The notes below the pieces were generated by a model, which ran no database searches, had not been told where the DNA came from, and was given only the letters and a program-made list of their open reading frames with translations. Positions 10,992 through 22,159 of a stretch of 32,000 nt of DNA are shown in pieces; the stretch's first letter is position 1; each line of letters starts with the position of its first letter. Position numbers and translations under genes: made by a program. This stretch comes from Wolbachia endosymbiont of Onchocerca ochengi. Lineage in GTDB: Bacteria > Pseudomonadota > Alphaproteobacteria > Rickettsiales > Anaplasmataceae. The stretch covers positions 240,001 to 272,000 of the forward strand of contig NC_018267.1 of the NCBI RefSeq assembly GCF_000306885.1, read 5' to 3'.

Positions 10992-12023
10992 CTAAGAACC
11001 TAATAAATATATAGCAATTAATCTAAAAATATCAAGAACTAGCCAAGTTTGTCTTTCTATACTCGCATTTAAAAAGTTAATCAAAGCAGTTTTATAAGGA
11101 GAATCAGAAAAAGTACTAATATTATTTTGTGCTATGCTAATATAATGCCTTGCTTTCTCTATAGAAAGCTCAACAGCATTGTGGTGATTAATATAGTACA
11201 ATGCTTGATCAAAATCGCGTTCAGTTGAAGAAAAACATTTTTCCCAAAATTTTTGTTCCACCGTACTGCTTTTTTCATACGCTATAATAGCAGGTAAAGT
11301 AACTTTACCCTCAAAAAAGTCTTTTCCGACTTGCTTTCCAGAAGCACTTTGACTAGCAGTATAATCGAGCATGTCATCAATTATTTGAAATGCCATGCCA
11401 AAGTTAAATCCAAAACTCTTTAATCTCTCTATCTCATCACTTGTAGCACCAGATATTACAGATGCAGCTTCACAACATGCAGAAAATAAAGATGCTGTTT
11501 TTTCTCCAATGATATCAAAATAGTTTTCCCTAATAGTGTTAGGATTAAAGCATGTCGTCATCTGCTTTATTTCACCCTTCACAAGTGAACGCGATGCCCT
11601 AGATAGGATAGAAATAATGTTTAAATTCTCACACTCTATAAGCCATCTAAATGCCAGAGTCAATAATAAATCACCGACTAAAATGCTTGATTTATTCCCC
11701 CAAATTTTATTTGCTGTTTCAACTCCATGACGCACTTCACTTTCATCAAGCACATCATCATGAAGCAAAGTAGCATTGTGTATAAATTCTACCGATGCAG
11801 CAACTTTAATTCTATCCTCTCTAGAATAGCCAAGCATTTTACATATAACAAAGACGAGTTTAGGCCTGATTTTTTTTCCACCTGACTTAACAAGGTGAGA
11901 TATAACATCAGCAGCAAGCTTAATATCTTCATTATCAACACTATTAAAGATAAAATCTTTCATAGCTGACAAATCAGAAGATACAACATTATCTAATATA
12001 TCATTATTATTTACTGACAGCAT
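10992..12023 (-). CDS. ispB: Polyprenyl (octaprenyl-type) diphosphate synthase
   Basis: 343 aa; FARM region LLHDDVLDESEVRHG and SARM region FQIIDDMLDYTAS of trans-prenyltransferases. Confidence 0.9.
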   Translation of the reverse strand: MLSVNNNDILDNVVSSDLSAMKDFIFNSVDNEDIKLAADVISHLVKSGGKKIRPKLVFVICKMLGYSREDRIKVAASVEFIHNATLLHDDVLDESEVRHGVETANKIWGNKSSILVGDLLLTLAFRWLIECENLNIISILSRASRSLVKGEIKQMTTCFNPNTIRENYFDIIGEKTASLFSACCEAASVISGATSDEIERLKSFGFNFGMAFQIIDDMLDYTASQSASGKQVGKDFFEGKVTLPAIIAYEKSSTVEQKFWEKCFSSTERDFDQALYYINHHNAVELSIEKARHYISIAQNNISTFSDSPYKTALINFLNASIERQTWLVLDIFRLIAIYLLGS

Positions 12024-12032
12024 TAAAGAGAC

Positions 12033-12353
12033 TTACGCCTCTTGTTCTTTTACTTTTTTCCTTTTTGTTTCCCTTGGTTCCATTTTTCTCTTTTCTGTTT
12101 CTAAATCTAAAAGACCTTTTTTGATGAACCATAATACTCTTTCAGTTGCTTGCGCACCTACACTTAGCCAATATTTTAACCTATCAGCTTTTATCACAAC
12201 ACGATTTTTATTGTCTTTCGCTAGCATTGGATCATATTGCCCTATTCTTTCAATAAAACGTCCATCTCTTGGTGCACGCGAATCAGCTACAATTATTCTA
12301 TAAAAAGGGCGTTTTTTTGCACCAAATCTTGCTAACCTTATTTTAACTGCCAT
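12033..12353 (-). CDS. rpsP: 30S ribosomal protein S16
   Basis: 106 aa; [42 protein letters not shown] signature. Confidence 0.98.
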   Translation of the reverse strand: MAVKIRLARFGAKKRPFYRIIVADSRAPRDGRFIERIGQYDPMLAKDNKNRVVIKADRLKYWLSVGAQATERVLWFIKKGLLDLETEKRKMEPRETKRKKVKEQEA

Positions 12354-13926
12354 GTTAACCTTTATTCATATGTTACTTATAACTTTATATAATAAGCAGT
12401 TCAAGTCAAATAAATTATTATACAACTTTTGCACCTTACAATGCACATATGAAGAGTGTCTGAAGTGCATCATGCTCAATTTATGAAAATTATCTTAATA
12501 TTACAAGGTTTATTAGGTTTCGCTGTTTAAACTTATTTTACCTATTTAGCTAGTCCCTATTGTAATTATGGAAAGTAACCTGGCTTTTATGAGAGCTGTA
12601 CACATATGTTAGTTCTGCAGTCAAAGTATACTGTAGGTGGGTAAAAGATTCATCGCATATGACAATTGAACTATAGTTATTAAAGAAATAGTAGTAAAAA
12701 CAGAAGTAAGCAATACATCCATACCACTTTTAATAAAAGTCGTTACCAGATGCAAAATTATTACCCTCCAAACTTCTTTTAATAAGAATAAAAAAGTCAG
12801 ATAGAGTTTCTATTGAAGATACTGTTTAAGGTACCAAGCATTTCAACTGTGATGGCGAACCTAAACTTAACTTGGAAAGTCTACCCTTTCGCTTAGAATT
12901 ACAGCTAATATTGGATAACTTTCTTCTTTCAATAATTTTTATTATTGTGCGAAAAGTCTTTAGAGCAACCTAAGAGCAAAGCTTCCTAAGATAAAGAAAC
13001 CAAAAAATTAAGCTTTAATCTATAGTATCTTTAGCTGATCTAATAATGACAATAAAAAAATAAAAACACAAAAATTTCTAATTATCAATCCTCACAAACA
13101 ATGTGTGAAGCTAAATTTACATTAGAACTAAGCATTATAATACAGGTTCGCACCTGAGCTCATAAGTTGATCATTCTTACAAAATAGTATGATATTTTTT
13201 TTAATGATTGGCCATATAACCAAGAATAGACAAAACAGCAGGACCTTAAAACTTTAGAACACATAGGGTAAATACGGTATTGTATTTTGAAAGCAGAAAT
13301 AGCAATCAATACCACGTTTCGTATGTTATTTAAAACAGGTCTGCCCCTAGAAATGAAGTTAGCCATTTTTGAAATATCTGAAGTAGAACTAATACCTCCA
13401 TTGACATCCATCAGCGTCACTTCTAATAGGCAATACCAATGGCAAAAAAGCTGTCGGCAATGCTATATTTATAAAATTAATGGTTCTAGACTGACTCTAC
13501 TAGAAGTCCAAGAGTTAGATAACAGGAACAAATACGGAAACCCAAGAAGAGAGCAATTAAATGGGATATTAATATCGATTAGCTATAATCATTACAGTGT
13601 TAAATACTTGTTGCAAAATATTTTTGCACAAAAAAGAAGTGTACCTGAGTCTTGTGAAAAACTAAAAACATAGGAATTATCAGCTGATGTTGCTTACCTT
13701 TTTTAAAAAGTTAGTTAATTTAGTATTAACAGCTTCTTTAAGAAGCTATGATAAAGTTATACTTTCAAGCAAAATTAATTAAGAATATCCCACATGCTAA
13801 TCTAAAGGTTAAAAAAGTAAAAAATTATGGATCTTTAAAAACTATACTATACCTAAAACAGCAACTACCTATCTTATAATAACAAAATAATTAAGTTTAA
13901 ACATATAAAAGAGCTGAGATAAATCT

Positions 13927-14841
13927 TCAATCACAGTTAAACAACGCCTTAGCAAATTCTTTGCCAGTAAATTCCTTTAGATCTTCTATACTTTCACCAA
14001 TTCCTATAGCCAGCAACTTCACTTTATAAGTTTCTGCAAGTCCAATAACTACTCCACCCTTAGCAGTGCCATCTAGCTTCGTTATAATTAGCCCAGTCAC
14101 ACTCACCATCTTGCTAAATGCTTCTAATTGGCTATAAGCGTTTTGGCCAGTGGTTGCATCAAGAATTAAAATAACATCATGAGGGGCAGTATCATCTAAT
14201 TTCTTTACTGTTCTATATATTTTTGATAGCTCTTCCATAAGGTTTACATTATTTTGTAGCCTGCCTGCTGTATCAATCAGAACAACATCAATGTTGTCTT
14301 TTATAGCTTGACTTACAGCTCTATATGCTAAACTTGCAGAATCACTGCCGTATTCTCCAATAACGATAGGACAACCAGAACGCTCTGCCCAAATATTTAA
14401 CTGTTCACTAGCAGCAGCTCTAAATGTATCACATGCAACTAGTACAATAGATTTTCCCATTTTTTTATATTTATACGCGAGTTTGCCTATAGTTGTGGTT
14501 TTACCACTACCATTTACCCCACATACCATTATTATATGTGGTTTCTTATTCAAAATAAGCGGTTGCATAACAGGACTCAACATAGCTTCTATTTCATTGA
14601 TTAATTGGTGCGTGACAACGTTATGCTCAACTTCCTTATCACACTTGATACTCGCAAGCTTATCAATAATTAACTTAGAAGTTTTATGACCAACATCCAT
14701 ACTCACTAAAAGCTCTTCTAGCTCATCCAAAAGGAATTGATCTATTTCTTTTTTTTTGCCAGAAAAAATATTTTTCACCCCGTTGCTAAAGCGAGAAGAA
14801 GTTTTTAACAAGCCTTTATAAAAGTTACCAAACAAACTCAA
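13927..14841 (-). CDS. ftsY: Signal recognition particle receptor FtsY
   Basis: 304 aa; NG domain motifs GVNGSGKTTTIGKLA, DTFRAAASEQL, DTAGRLQNN, TKLDGTAKGG. Confidence 0.96.
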   Translation of the reverse strand: MSLFGNFYKGLLKTSSRFSNGVKNIFSGKKKEIDQFLLDELEELLVSMDVGHKTSKLIIDKLASIKCDKEVEHNVVTHQLINEIEAMLSPVMQPLILNKKPHIIMVCGVNGSGKTTTIGKLAYKYKKMGKSIVLVACDTFRAAASEQLNIWAERSGCPIVIGEYGSDSASLAYRAVSQAIKDNIDVVLIDTAGRLQNNVNLMEELSKIYRTVKKLDDTAPHDVILILDATTGQNAYSQLEAFSKMVSVTGLIITKLDGTAKGGVVIGLAETYKVKLLAIGIGESIEDLKEFTGKEFAKALFNCD

Positions 14842-15027
14842 GTAAATACTCCTTTTAAAATTTAAACTTAATGTAAAAAATTACATGTACTACATGTATT
14901 TGTAAAGCAAATATACTTGCGTGTGTCATCTTTTGTGAATAAAATATGCTAATCACAAGTGTGTTTTTCTTTAGTCTTTAAACTAAATGTGCTATAATGT
15001 AAAATAGTGGTTTATGGGGGTAATTCT

Positions 15028-15420
15028 ATGAGTTATAACAAAAAAATTTTAGATCATTATGAAAATCCAAGGAACGTTGGTTCCTTGGATAAAAATGATC
15101 CAAACGTTGGCACTGGTTTAGTGGGCGCGCCGTCATGCGGAGATGTCATGAAGCTACAAATAAAAGTTAATGACAAAGGTGTTATTGAAGATGCAAAATT
15201 CAAAACTTTTGGTTGCGGTTCTGCTATTGCTTCAAGCTCTTTACTCACGGAGATGATTAAAGGTAAAGCTATTAAAGATGCAACACAGATAAAGAACACT
15301 CAAATAGTGAAAGAATTATCTTTACCTCCAGTAAAGATACACTGTTCAGTACTTGCTGAAGATGCTATAAAAGCTGCTATTCATGATTATCAAAGTAAAC
15401 AAAGTAAAAGTAATAACTAA
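15028..15420 (+). CDS. iscU: Fe-S cluster scaffold protein IscU
   Basis: MSYNKKILDHYENPRNVGSLDK, three conserved Cys contexts (GAPSCGD, FKTFGCGSAIASSS, PVKIHCSVLAEDAI). ORF opens at 15007; MSYNKK start at 15028 preferred. Confidence 0.95.
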   Translation: MSYNKKILDHYENPRNVGSLDKNDPNVGTGLVGAPSCGDVMKLQIKVNDKGVIEDAKFKTFGCGSAIASSSLLTEMIKGKAIKDATQIKNTQIVKELSLPPVKIHCSVLAEDAIKAAIHDYQSKQSKSNN

Positions 15421-15427
15421 AAAAGTT

Positions 15428-15832
15428 ATGGACGAATATCAAGAAGTAAATGCTGTAAAGAAAGATAAAAAACCTATCACCATCACTACAAATGCAGTAG
15501 AAAGGATAAGATATTTATTGGATCAAAAACAGCATGATAACTTTAAAAAATCAGAAAAAGCAATAGGAATAAGAGTGCTAATTAAACAAAAAGGGTGTTC
15601 CGGTTTAAAATATGACATCGAATATGCATATGATACTCGTCCTTTAGAGTCGGTAATTGAAGAAAGATGCAGTAACGGTCAAAAAGTCAAGGTATTAATC
15701 GATCCGAAATCTATCATGTTTATCCTTGGCTCTGAAATAGATTATGTAGAGAAAAAATTCTCATCAGGTTTTATTTTCAAAAATCCTAATGAGAAAGGAA
15801 AATGTGGTTGCGGAGAAAGTTTTCATGTTTAG
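15428..15832 (+). CDS. iscA: HesB/IscA-family Fe-S cluster assembly protein
   Basis: A-type carrier motifs KQKGCSGLKYDIEYA and C-terminal CGCGESF; MDEYQ start at 15428 placed just after iscU. Confidence 0.9.
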   Translation: MDEYQEVNAVKKDKKPITITTNAVERIRYLLDQKQHDNFKKSEKAIGIRVLIKQKGCSGLKYDIEYAYDTRPLESVIEERCSNGQKVKVLIDPKSIMFILGSEIDYVEKKFSSGFIFKNPNEKGKCGCGESFHV

Positions 15833-16283
15833 AAACCACTTTTCATTGCTTGAAATTGAGCCAGTTTTCAATATCAACTTTGATGAGCTAGAGAAAAAAT
15901 ATATTGAACTAAGCAAGACTGATATAAATAAAGGAAAGTCCAAAAACATGAAAAGTATAAACAAAGCTTACCAAGTGCTAAAATCTCCACTAAAACGGGC
16001 CGAACATTTATTGGATCTTTTTGGCGTGAAAATCCAAGAGAATCATACAAATTCCGAGATACTAAATGAATCAATAGAAATAAGAGAGTACTTGCTAGAT
16101 TGCGATAACCTGCAATTTGCAAGTAAGATAATTGATGAAAAGATAAAAAATTGCACTAAAAACTTAATTGATGCTTTTGCTGTAAAAAATTTTGATGAAG
16201 CTGTAATGCAAGTTTTAAGATTGAAGTATCTATATAAGTCATTTGAAGAGGTAAAGAAAAATGCGTCCAATTCAAGTCTCTGA
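15825..16283 (+). CDS. hscB: Co-chaperone HscB (DnaJ-like)
   Basis: MFRNHFSLLEIEPVFNINFDELEKKYIELSK...INKAYQVLKSPLKRAEHLLDLFG; overlaps the iscA end and the hscA start, conserved operon position. Confidence 0.9.
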   Translation: MFRNHFSLLEIEPVFNINFDELEKKYIELSKTDINKGKSKNMKSINKAYQVLKSPLKRAEHLLDLFGVKIQENHTNSEILNESIEIREYLLDCDNLQFASKIIDEKIKNCTKNLIDAFAVKNFDEAVMQVLRLKYLYKSFEEVKKNASNSSL

Positions 16284-18036
16284 ACCAAATTCAAATGAAA
16301 TAGTGTTTGGCATAGACCTTGGTACCACCAATTCTTTAATTGCTGCAGTCAATAAAGCTGGTGACGTAGAAATATTTAAAGATGAGCAGGGGAGAGAATT
16401 ACTGCCTTCTGTTATTTCATATGAAAATAACATATTTAAAATAGGATATGATGCTGGTCCAGGTGCAATATACTCCATAAAACGCTTAATGGGTAAAAAT
16501 GTCAAAGATTTAAATAAAGAAAGTATCAATTTTGAAATAGATGAGGAAAGTGAAAAAGTTATTAGGATAAAATGTGCAGAAGATAAATATCTTACTCCTG
16601 TTGAAATTTCTGCCGAGATATTAAAAGCTTTGTGCGAAAAAGTAAAAAAATCCACAGGGATAAAAGTAAAAAAAGCGGTAATCACTGTGCCAGCTTACTT
16701 TGACGATTCAGCACGTAATGCAACCAAATATGCAGCAAAATTAGCTGGTATAGAGGTTCTTCGTTTAATTAATGAGCCAACTGCTGCTGCATTTTCTCAT
16801 TCGATTAAAAAGAATAATAACAGTGGAATATACGCAGTTTATGACTTAGGTGGCGGAACATTCGATATTTCAATATTGAAGTTACATCAAGGAGTGTTTC
16901 AAGTCCTTGCGGTTGGCGGTGATACCGAACTTGGTGGTGATGATTTTGATCGCCTACTAAGTTCAATTGTGCTTTCTAAGTATAGAGAAAAGGAAAGTTT
17001 AAGTGAAGAACGTCCCGATGTTACATACCTTAGTAACATTAGAATTCATAACACACGCCTTGTCAAGGAATACCTAAGCGAAAATACATCAGGCATTTTT
17101 GGCTTCAATATTAACGGTGAATTATTTAAATGCAAAATTACTAAAGAAGAATTCGAACAGGCAATTACCCCATTGGTTAACAAGACTATCAACATAACCA
17201 CTCGTACTATATGCGATATAAATCTTAAAATTGATAGCATAAAAGGAGTAATTTTAGTTGGCGGTGGAACTAAAGTACCATTAGTACAAAACTCACTAGT
17301 CACACTTTTTGGAAATAAAATATTAAGTGATGTAGACCCAGACAAAGCAGTTGTAATTGGAGCAGCTTTACATGCTCATGTTTTAACTTCGGGCTTAAAA
17401 GATAGGAATATTCTCCTCGACGTTTTACCCTTATCACTTGGCATAGAAACCATGGGAGGAATAGTTGAAAAAATTATACCAAGAAATACACCACTACCAG
17501 TTTCAGAAACAAAAGAGTTTACGACTTACGCTCACGGGCAAACGGCAATGAAAATTCACGTTTGTCAAGGAGAACGCGAAATGATAGAAGATAACAAGTC
17601 TCTAGCGCAGTTTGAACTAAAAGGAATACCGCCATTACCTGCAGGTTCTGCAAAAGTTGAAATAGAATTTACAGTTAATGTTGATGGAATATTGACTGTT
17701 ACTGCAAGAGAAAAAAGCACTAGCATTGAACAAACGGTTGAAATAAATTCAAGTTTTGGCTTAAGTGAAACCGATATTCAAGACATGGTTAACCAATCAA
17801 TAAATAACTTTGATAAAGATATGAAAGCTCGTTCTCTTGCAGAAGCCAAAGTTAATGGAAGTAAATTTATACATCTGATTGAAAGCAACAATGGTCTTTC
17901 TATTAATCAAAGGTTAAAAAAACTATTGCAAAACGCAAAAAATGCTTTACAGGGAAACGACTTGAACAAAATTAATAACGCTATCACTGAATTGAAAAAT
18001 TCCTCTTTAAAGTTGTGTAAATTAATAAATAGATAG
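16261..18036 (+). CDS. hscA: Fe-S cluster assembly Hsp70 chaperone HscA
   Basis: 591 aa; Hsp70 signatures GIDLGTTNSLIAA, YDLGGGTFDIS, VILVGGGTKVPLVQ; position after hscB. Confidence 0.96.
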   Translation: MRPIQVSEPNSNEIVFGIDLGTTNSLIAAVNKAGDVEIFKDEQGRELLPSVISYENNIFKIGYDAGPGAIYSIKRLMGKNVKDLNKESINFEIDEESEKVIRIKCAEDKYLTPVEISAEILKALCEKVKKSTGIKVKKAVITVPAYFDDSARNATKYAAKLAGIEVLRLINEPTAAAFSHSIKKNNNSGIYAVYDLGGGTFDISILKLHQGVFQVLAVGGDTELGGDDFDRLLSSIVLSKYREKESLSEERPDVTYLSNIRIHNTRLVKEYLSENTSGIFGFNINGELFKCKITKEEFEQAITPLVNKTINITTRTICDINLKIDSIKGVILVGGGTKVPLVQNSLVTLFGNKILSDVDPDKAVVIGAALHAHVLTSGLKDRNILLDVLPLSLGIETMGGIVEKIIPRNTPLPVSETKEFTTYAHGQTAMKIHVCQGEREMIEDNKSLAQFELKGIPPLPAGSAKVEIEFTVNVDGILTVTAREKSTSIEQTVEINSSFGLSETDIQDMVNQSINNFDKDMKARSLAEAKVNGSKFIHLIESNNGLSINQRLKKLLQNAKNALQGNDLNKINNAITELKNSSLKLCKLINR

Positions 18037-18040
18037 AGTT

Positions 18041-18796
18041 TTATACGATACTGTGCAATATCCTATTCAACCGCAGAGCAATAGGTATTCTGAAATTAAA
18101 TGGCAACCAATTAACCTTTCCCAACTTAAACGATAAACCAACTATGCTTACACGCCCAATTATATTTTCCATTGGTACAAAACTGATTTCAGGAAACCTA
18201 CTATCAAAAGAATTATTTCTGTTATCCCCTAAAACAAAAAATTGATTGTCAGGCACACAATAAGTCGGGCTATCATATGATAGTTCATTGAAAATATTAT
18301 CTATTAAAATTTCGTGTTCCCTCTCATGTGAAAGTGTTTCTATGTATCTTGGTATGCTACGATTTGATTCATAATCAAAAAAGTCCTCAATTTGCTTTCG
18401 CTTTACTTTTTGATTATTGAGGTATAATTCTCCCTCTATAATTTGCACTTTGTCACCTGGTATCCCTATTACTCGTTTAACGAACCTGATACTGTCGTTT
18501 CTTGTTGGTTTAAAAACGATTATATCACCACGCTTTGGAGGAGTATAAAAGATTCTGCCACTAAAGATTCTCGGAGAAAACGGAAAAGAGTACCTACTAT
18601 AACCATATGAATACTTACTAACGAAAATATAATCTCCTTCAAGTAGAGTGCTTTTCATTGACCCAGAAGGGATATGAAATGGTTCAAATAAAAAACTACG
18701 TATTGATAGTGCAATCAACAGCAAAAAAAATAATGAAGATAAAAACCTTCCTGTTCTTGCTACCAAGTTTTTTCTTAATCTCTCTAACTTTTTCAA
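18041..18796 (-). CDS. lepB: Signal peptidase I
   Basis: 251 aa; PSGSMKSTLLEGDYIFVSKYSYG, RFVKRVIGIPGD, YFVLGDNRNNSFDSR (S26A family boxes); N-terminal TM segment. Confidence 0.95.
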   Translation of the reverse strand: MKKLERLRKNLVARTGRFLSSLFFLLLIALSIRSFLFEPFHIPSGSMKSTLLEGDYIFVSKYSYGYSRYSFPFSPRIFSGRIFYTPPKRGDIIVFKPTRNDSIRFVKRVIGIPGDKVQIIEGELYLNNQKVKRKQIEDFFDYESNRSIPRYIETLSHEREHEILIDNIFNELSYDSPTYCVPDNQFFVLGDNRNNSFDSRFPEISFVPMENIIGRVSIVGLSFKLGKVNWLPFNFRIPIALRLNRILHSIV

Positions 18797-19151
18797 TTTT
18801 GTTTTTCCTATAAATTATAGCTTATTATAATACGTAAAAGTAACAACATAAAACTTTACTCGTGGACATTGTTTTTCACTACTAAATCCGAGTTACATAA
18901 GTTAGCTTCACCGCTTACTTACACTTCGCGAAGTTTTTGTTATTTGCTCTAGAGAGCAAATATTTGAAGTTTGATAAAAGCTAAAATTTACAAATTACCC
19001 TTAATAAGGAAACTTAATAGATTCTTAACCAGTATATTAAAGGCTATGTTTTAGATCGTCAATTACCTGAAGTTGTAGATATCAAGAGAATTAGTAGAAA
19101 GTTTCTGTAAAAAAACAGGCATACTATAGAGCTTCTTTTGTAGGTAACAAT

Positions 19152-19221
19152 AAAATTAACTAATGAGTTAGAGTAAACTGTTTATCATAACAGTTTACTC
19201 TAACTCATTAGTTAATTTTAG
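19152..19221. repeat. Perfect inverted repeat / long hairpin: 32-bp arms, 6-nt loop TATCAT
   Basis: 19152-19183 TAAAATTAACTAATGAGTTAGAGTAAACTGTT; 19190-19221 AACAGTTTACTCTAACTCATTAGTTAATTTTA are exact reverse complements. Confidence 0.95.
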
Positions 19222-22159
19222 ATACAGCGTAATCTTAATAGAAATATTTTTTTACTTCAAACCTCAGCTACCACTACTATTGCAGTATTTATTACAGCCA
19301 CATAGTTATAGAATTGAAGGTTATAGTCATCAGAAAGTTTCATGAAAAAGTCAGTAAAGAAAAGCAAAAAACCTCATACAGATGAGCATTAGTACTGAAA
19401 TTAGGAATAGTCTCCACTAAAAGTTTTGAACCCATAGAGAGCTCATTAGTAAACATTTTCATTCATCATTTTCATCAAGCTAAAAGCAGAAACAAGTTTT
19501 CAAACAAAGCAAAGCTTCTTGTAGATCACCAAACACTAAAATATTGCCATTTCCTTAAGTAACTTGATTTGTGCTAAGTTCACCACAATTACCCTCCTTT
19601 AGGACTAGACCTTTCACGCAAATCAAGAAATCAAAACATATCACACACCATAATTTCAGGTATAATAAAATCAATTTATTTTAAATATTCTGATAAAACT
19701 TTACTTATCAACTAATTAAAATTTATTTTACCACCTACACCTTCTAAAATTTCAATTCCTAAACGTTAATGAAGTAAATCTACATTTAAAGTTAGCAGCT
19801 GCTACTTTTTAAGTAAAACTGTATTGTTTACTTACAGCAAGCTAAAGTTGGCACACCATAAAAATAAGCTTCATAGAAAGCATCTATAATTTTTAAAAAA
19901 CTCCTCTGGTTTTCGAGTATCTTATACATACTTACAACAGTACCATCTCGTTTTAACCATGAAAAACTACTCCAAATTATTTACTAAGCTTAGGTACATA
20001 TAACCAGTACTGATACCTTGCACTAGTGTAGAAATTATATTCTTGTTATTGATGGAATTTAGTAACTTATTGCATAGTATCCTACTCAAAGTCACGTTTT
20101 ACACATATAAAGGCTGAGCCGAAGAAACATTCCTTGCTGCTGATGACGCAAAATTGTATTCACAATTTTTCCATTCCTCTTTAATTGTTTAAGCAAGACG
20201 TTTTCCTACTCTGCTAATTCTCAAATTAGTTTTCATCATTAAAGACAAGTGAAAAACATGTTTACTGTCTTCAGAAACTATACAAAAGTTCCCACACTAT
20301 TTCACAAATCATTATTTCCATTCTATTAAAAAATAGCACATACTCTCAAAACAATTAGCCATTTTTTTATAATCGTCTTCATAGAAACTTTTCGCAAAGC
20401 CTCTAATAAAATATTTTCTACATAACAAACATTTATATTAAGAATCAGTAAGATTAGATGCTCTTTTGTCTATAAGAGATACTGCAACGCTATCTATGCT
20501 ACTTTACAACCCTTACAACCCACCTTCATATAAACTCTAAAAAAGAAATCAACCCTTTCAAATAGGGCTTTATAAAATTTTAAAGAAGTCACATTTACAC
20601 TAAAACTTATTTAGCTACAATATTCTTAAATAAAAGCTAAAAAAGGTAAAGATTGTTAAGACTACCATCTAAATAGCTCTAACACTAGTATCTAGAAAAA
20701 AGAAACATAAACCCCGCATCACACGTTAAGATTACACCATTTGGTGTAAACTCACCTTTTACTACCCTTATGTTTATCTTTTCATGATACCTCACCTAGC
20801 TTATTTTGCGCTTCTTGAACAGATACTTTTTTTTAACTTATCACATTTCTTTATCTACTGATCAAATATACTAGACCATATAAGAAAAGCCATTATTAAA
20901 ATAACTCTACAGTATAAAGAATCACATTATAGCACCTTTGTGAGAGATAGAATCTGCTGTTTACCTACCTAGTATCAAGTATATTACAAAAAGTTAGCTT
21001 ATAATTACTACTATCAGATTTAACAACCTTTAGATATTTAGACACCAATCTCTATAAGAGTAACCACCTTTTTTAATATGGTTACATATGACCAATTCCA
21101 GCCAAGTATTACATCAATCTATTTTGGCAAAGTAGCTATTAGCAGCACTATTCAAGACAATATTTGCTATCATAGATAGATACTATCCAATAGTTTTTCC
21201 CTTTTTTTACAAAGTAAATTCCTTCTTTGCATTATAGCTTTTTTAAAGCTATCCATTATTATTTCGCTCATTGTCAGTACATCAGATATATTTTATGCAT
21301 ACTGATACTAATAGTCATCATATGCTGGAAGAAGAACTTCATTCTTATCCGATATAAATGATCTGTATCACTAACTTCTATTACAGAATAAAGTTACCTT
21401 CTTCTCTTATGATCTTCTATAGCACTAGATCATTTTTATCATAAAAATTAATAAATTTCAGCACTTCATATGCTAAATTATATGTAAAAATATATAACTT
21501 AATATAAAAATATAGATCATCTATTATATCTTTAAGCAAAGTTTCTATCACTTTATCTGATTCAAGTGTTTCGACAACACTATCCCTGTTTTCACTTTGA
21601 TAACCTCTTGTTTTATGATAAAGCCTCTTCTAATAAGTTTATTATTTTTATCACATATTTTCACCTTTAGAAGCGAGTTTCCTTTATATAATATAAAATT
21701 ACTTTGTTATCCCTCTTTTTGTAACCTTAAACCATTAATATTGTTCCCCCACTCAACCATACCAACGTATGAGTTAATAACACATATATTACCATTTTTC
21801 TTTAATCTGCAATACATAGTAGAAAGCTTAATCAGCTTCTTATAGAATAGGTTTTTATTATCTATTTTAAATATTATACTACTTCTACTAAAGCCTACTT
21901 CAGTAGTTTTGTTACCTTATGCAGCAGATAACTTTCTGATTATAGTTTAAAATCAGTAAAAGAAGTTATATTAGTGATAAAACTTCTTATCACACGTACC
22001 ATATCCACAGTAACATTTTCCTACTCTAAATTAAAGCATATTTCCATCTTCCCTCATAATCTATACCTTAGATGTAATTAATTTACAAACATTAATTATT
22101 TGTTGATAATGACACACAAGTATAGTTACAAAATTGTTGATAATACTGCAACACTTAAA

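Noticed and set aside
12121-12303. Plus-strand 60-aa ORF
   Set aside because: Antisense to rpsP.
16272-17345. Minus-strand ORFs 16272-16685 and 17046-17345
   Set aside because: Antisense to clearly coding hscA.
18941-18962. TATTTGCTCT-AG-AGAGCAAATA near-palindrome and nearby ACTTCGCGAAGT (18923-18936 area)
   Set aside because: Short palindromes downstream of no clear gene end; could arise by chance in AT-rich DNA and I cannot test significance, so not called a terminator.
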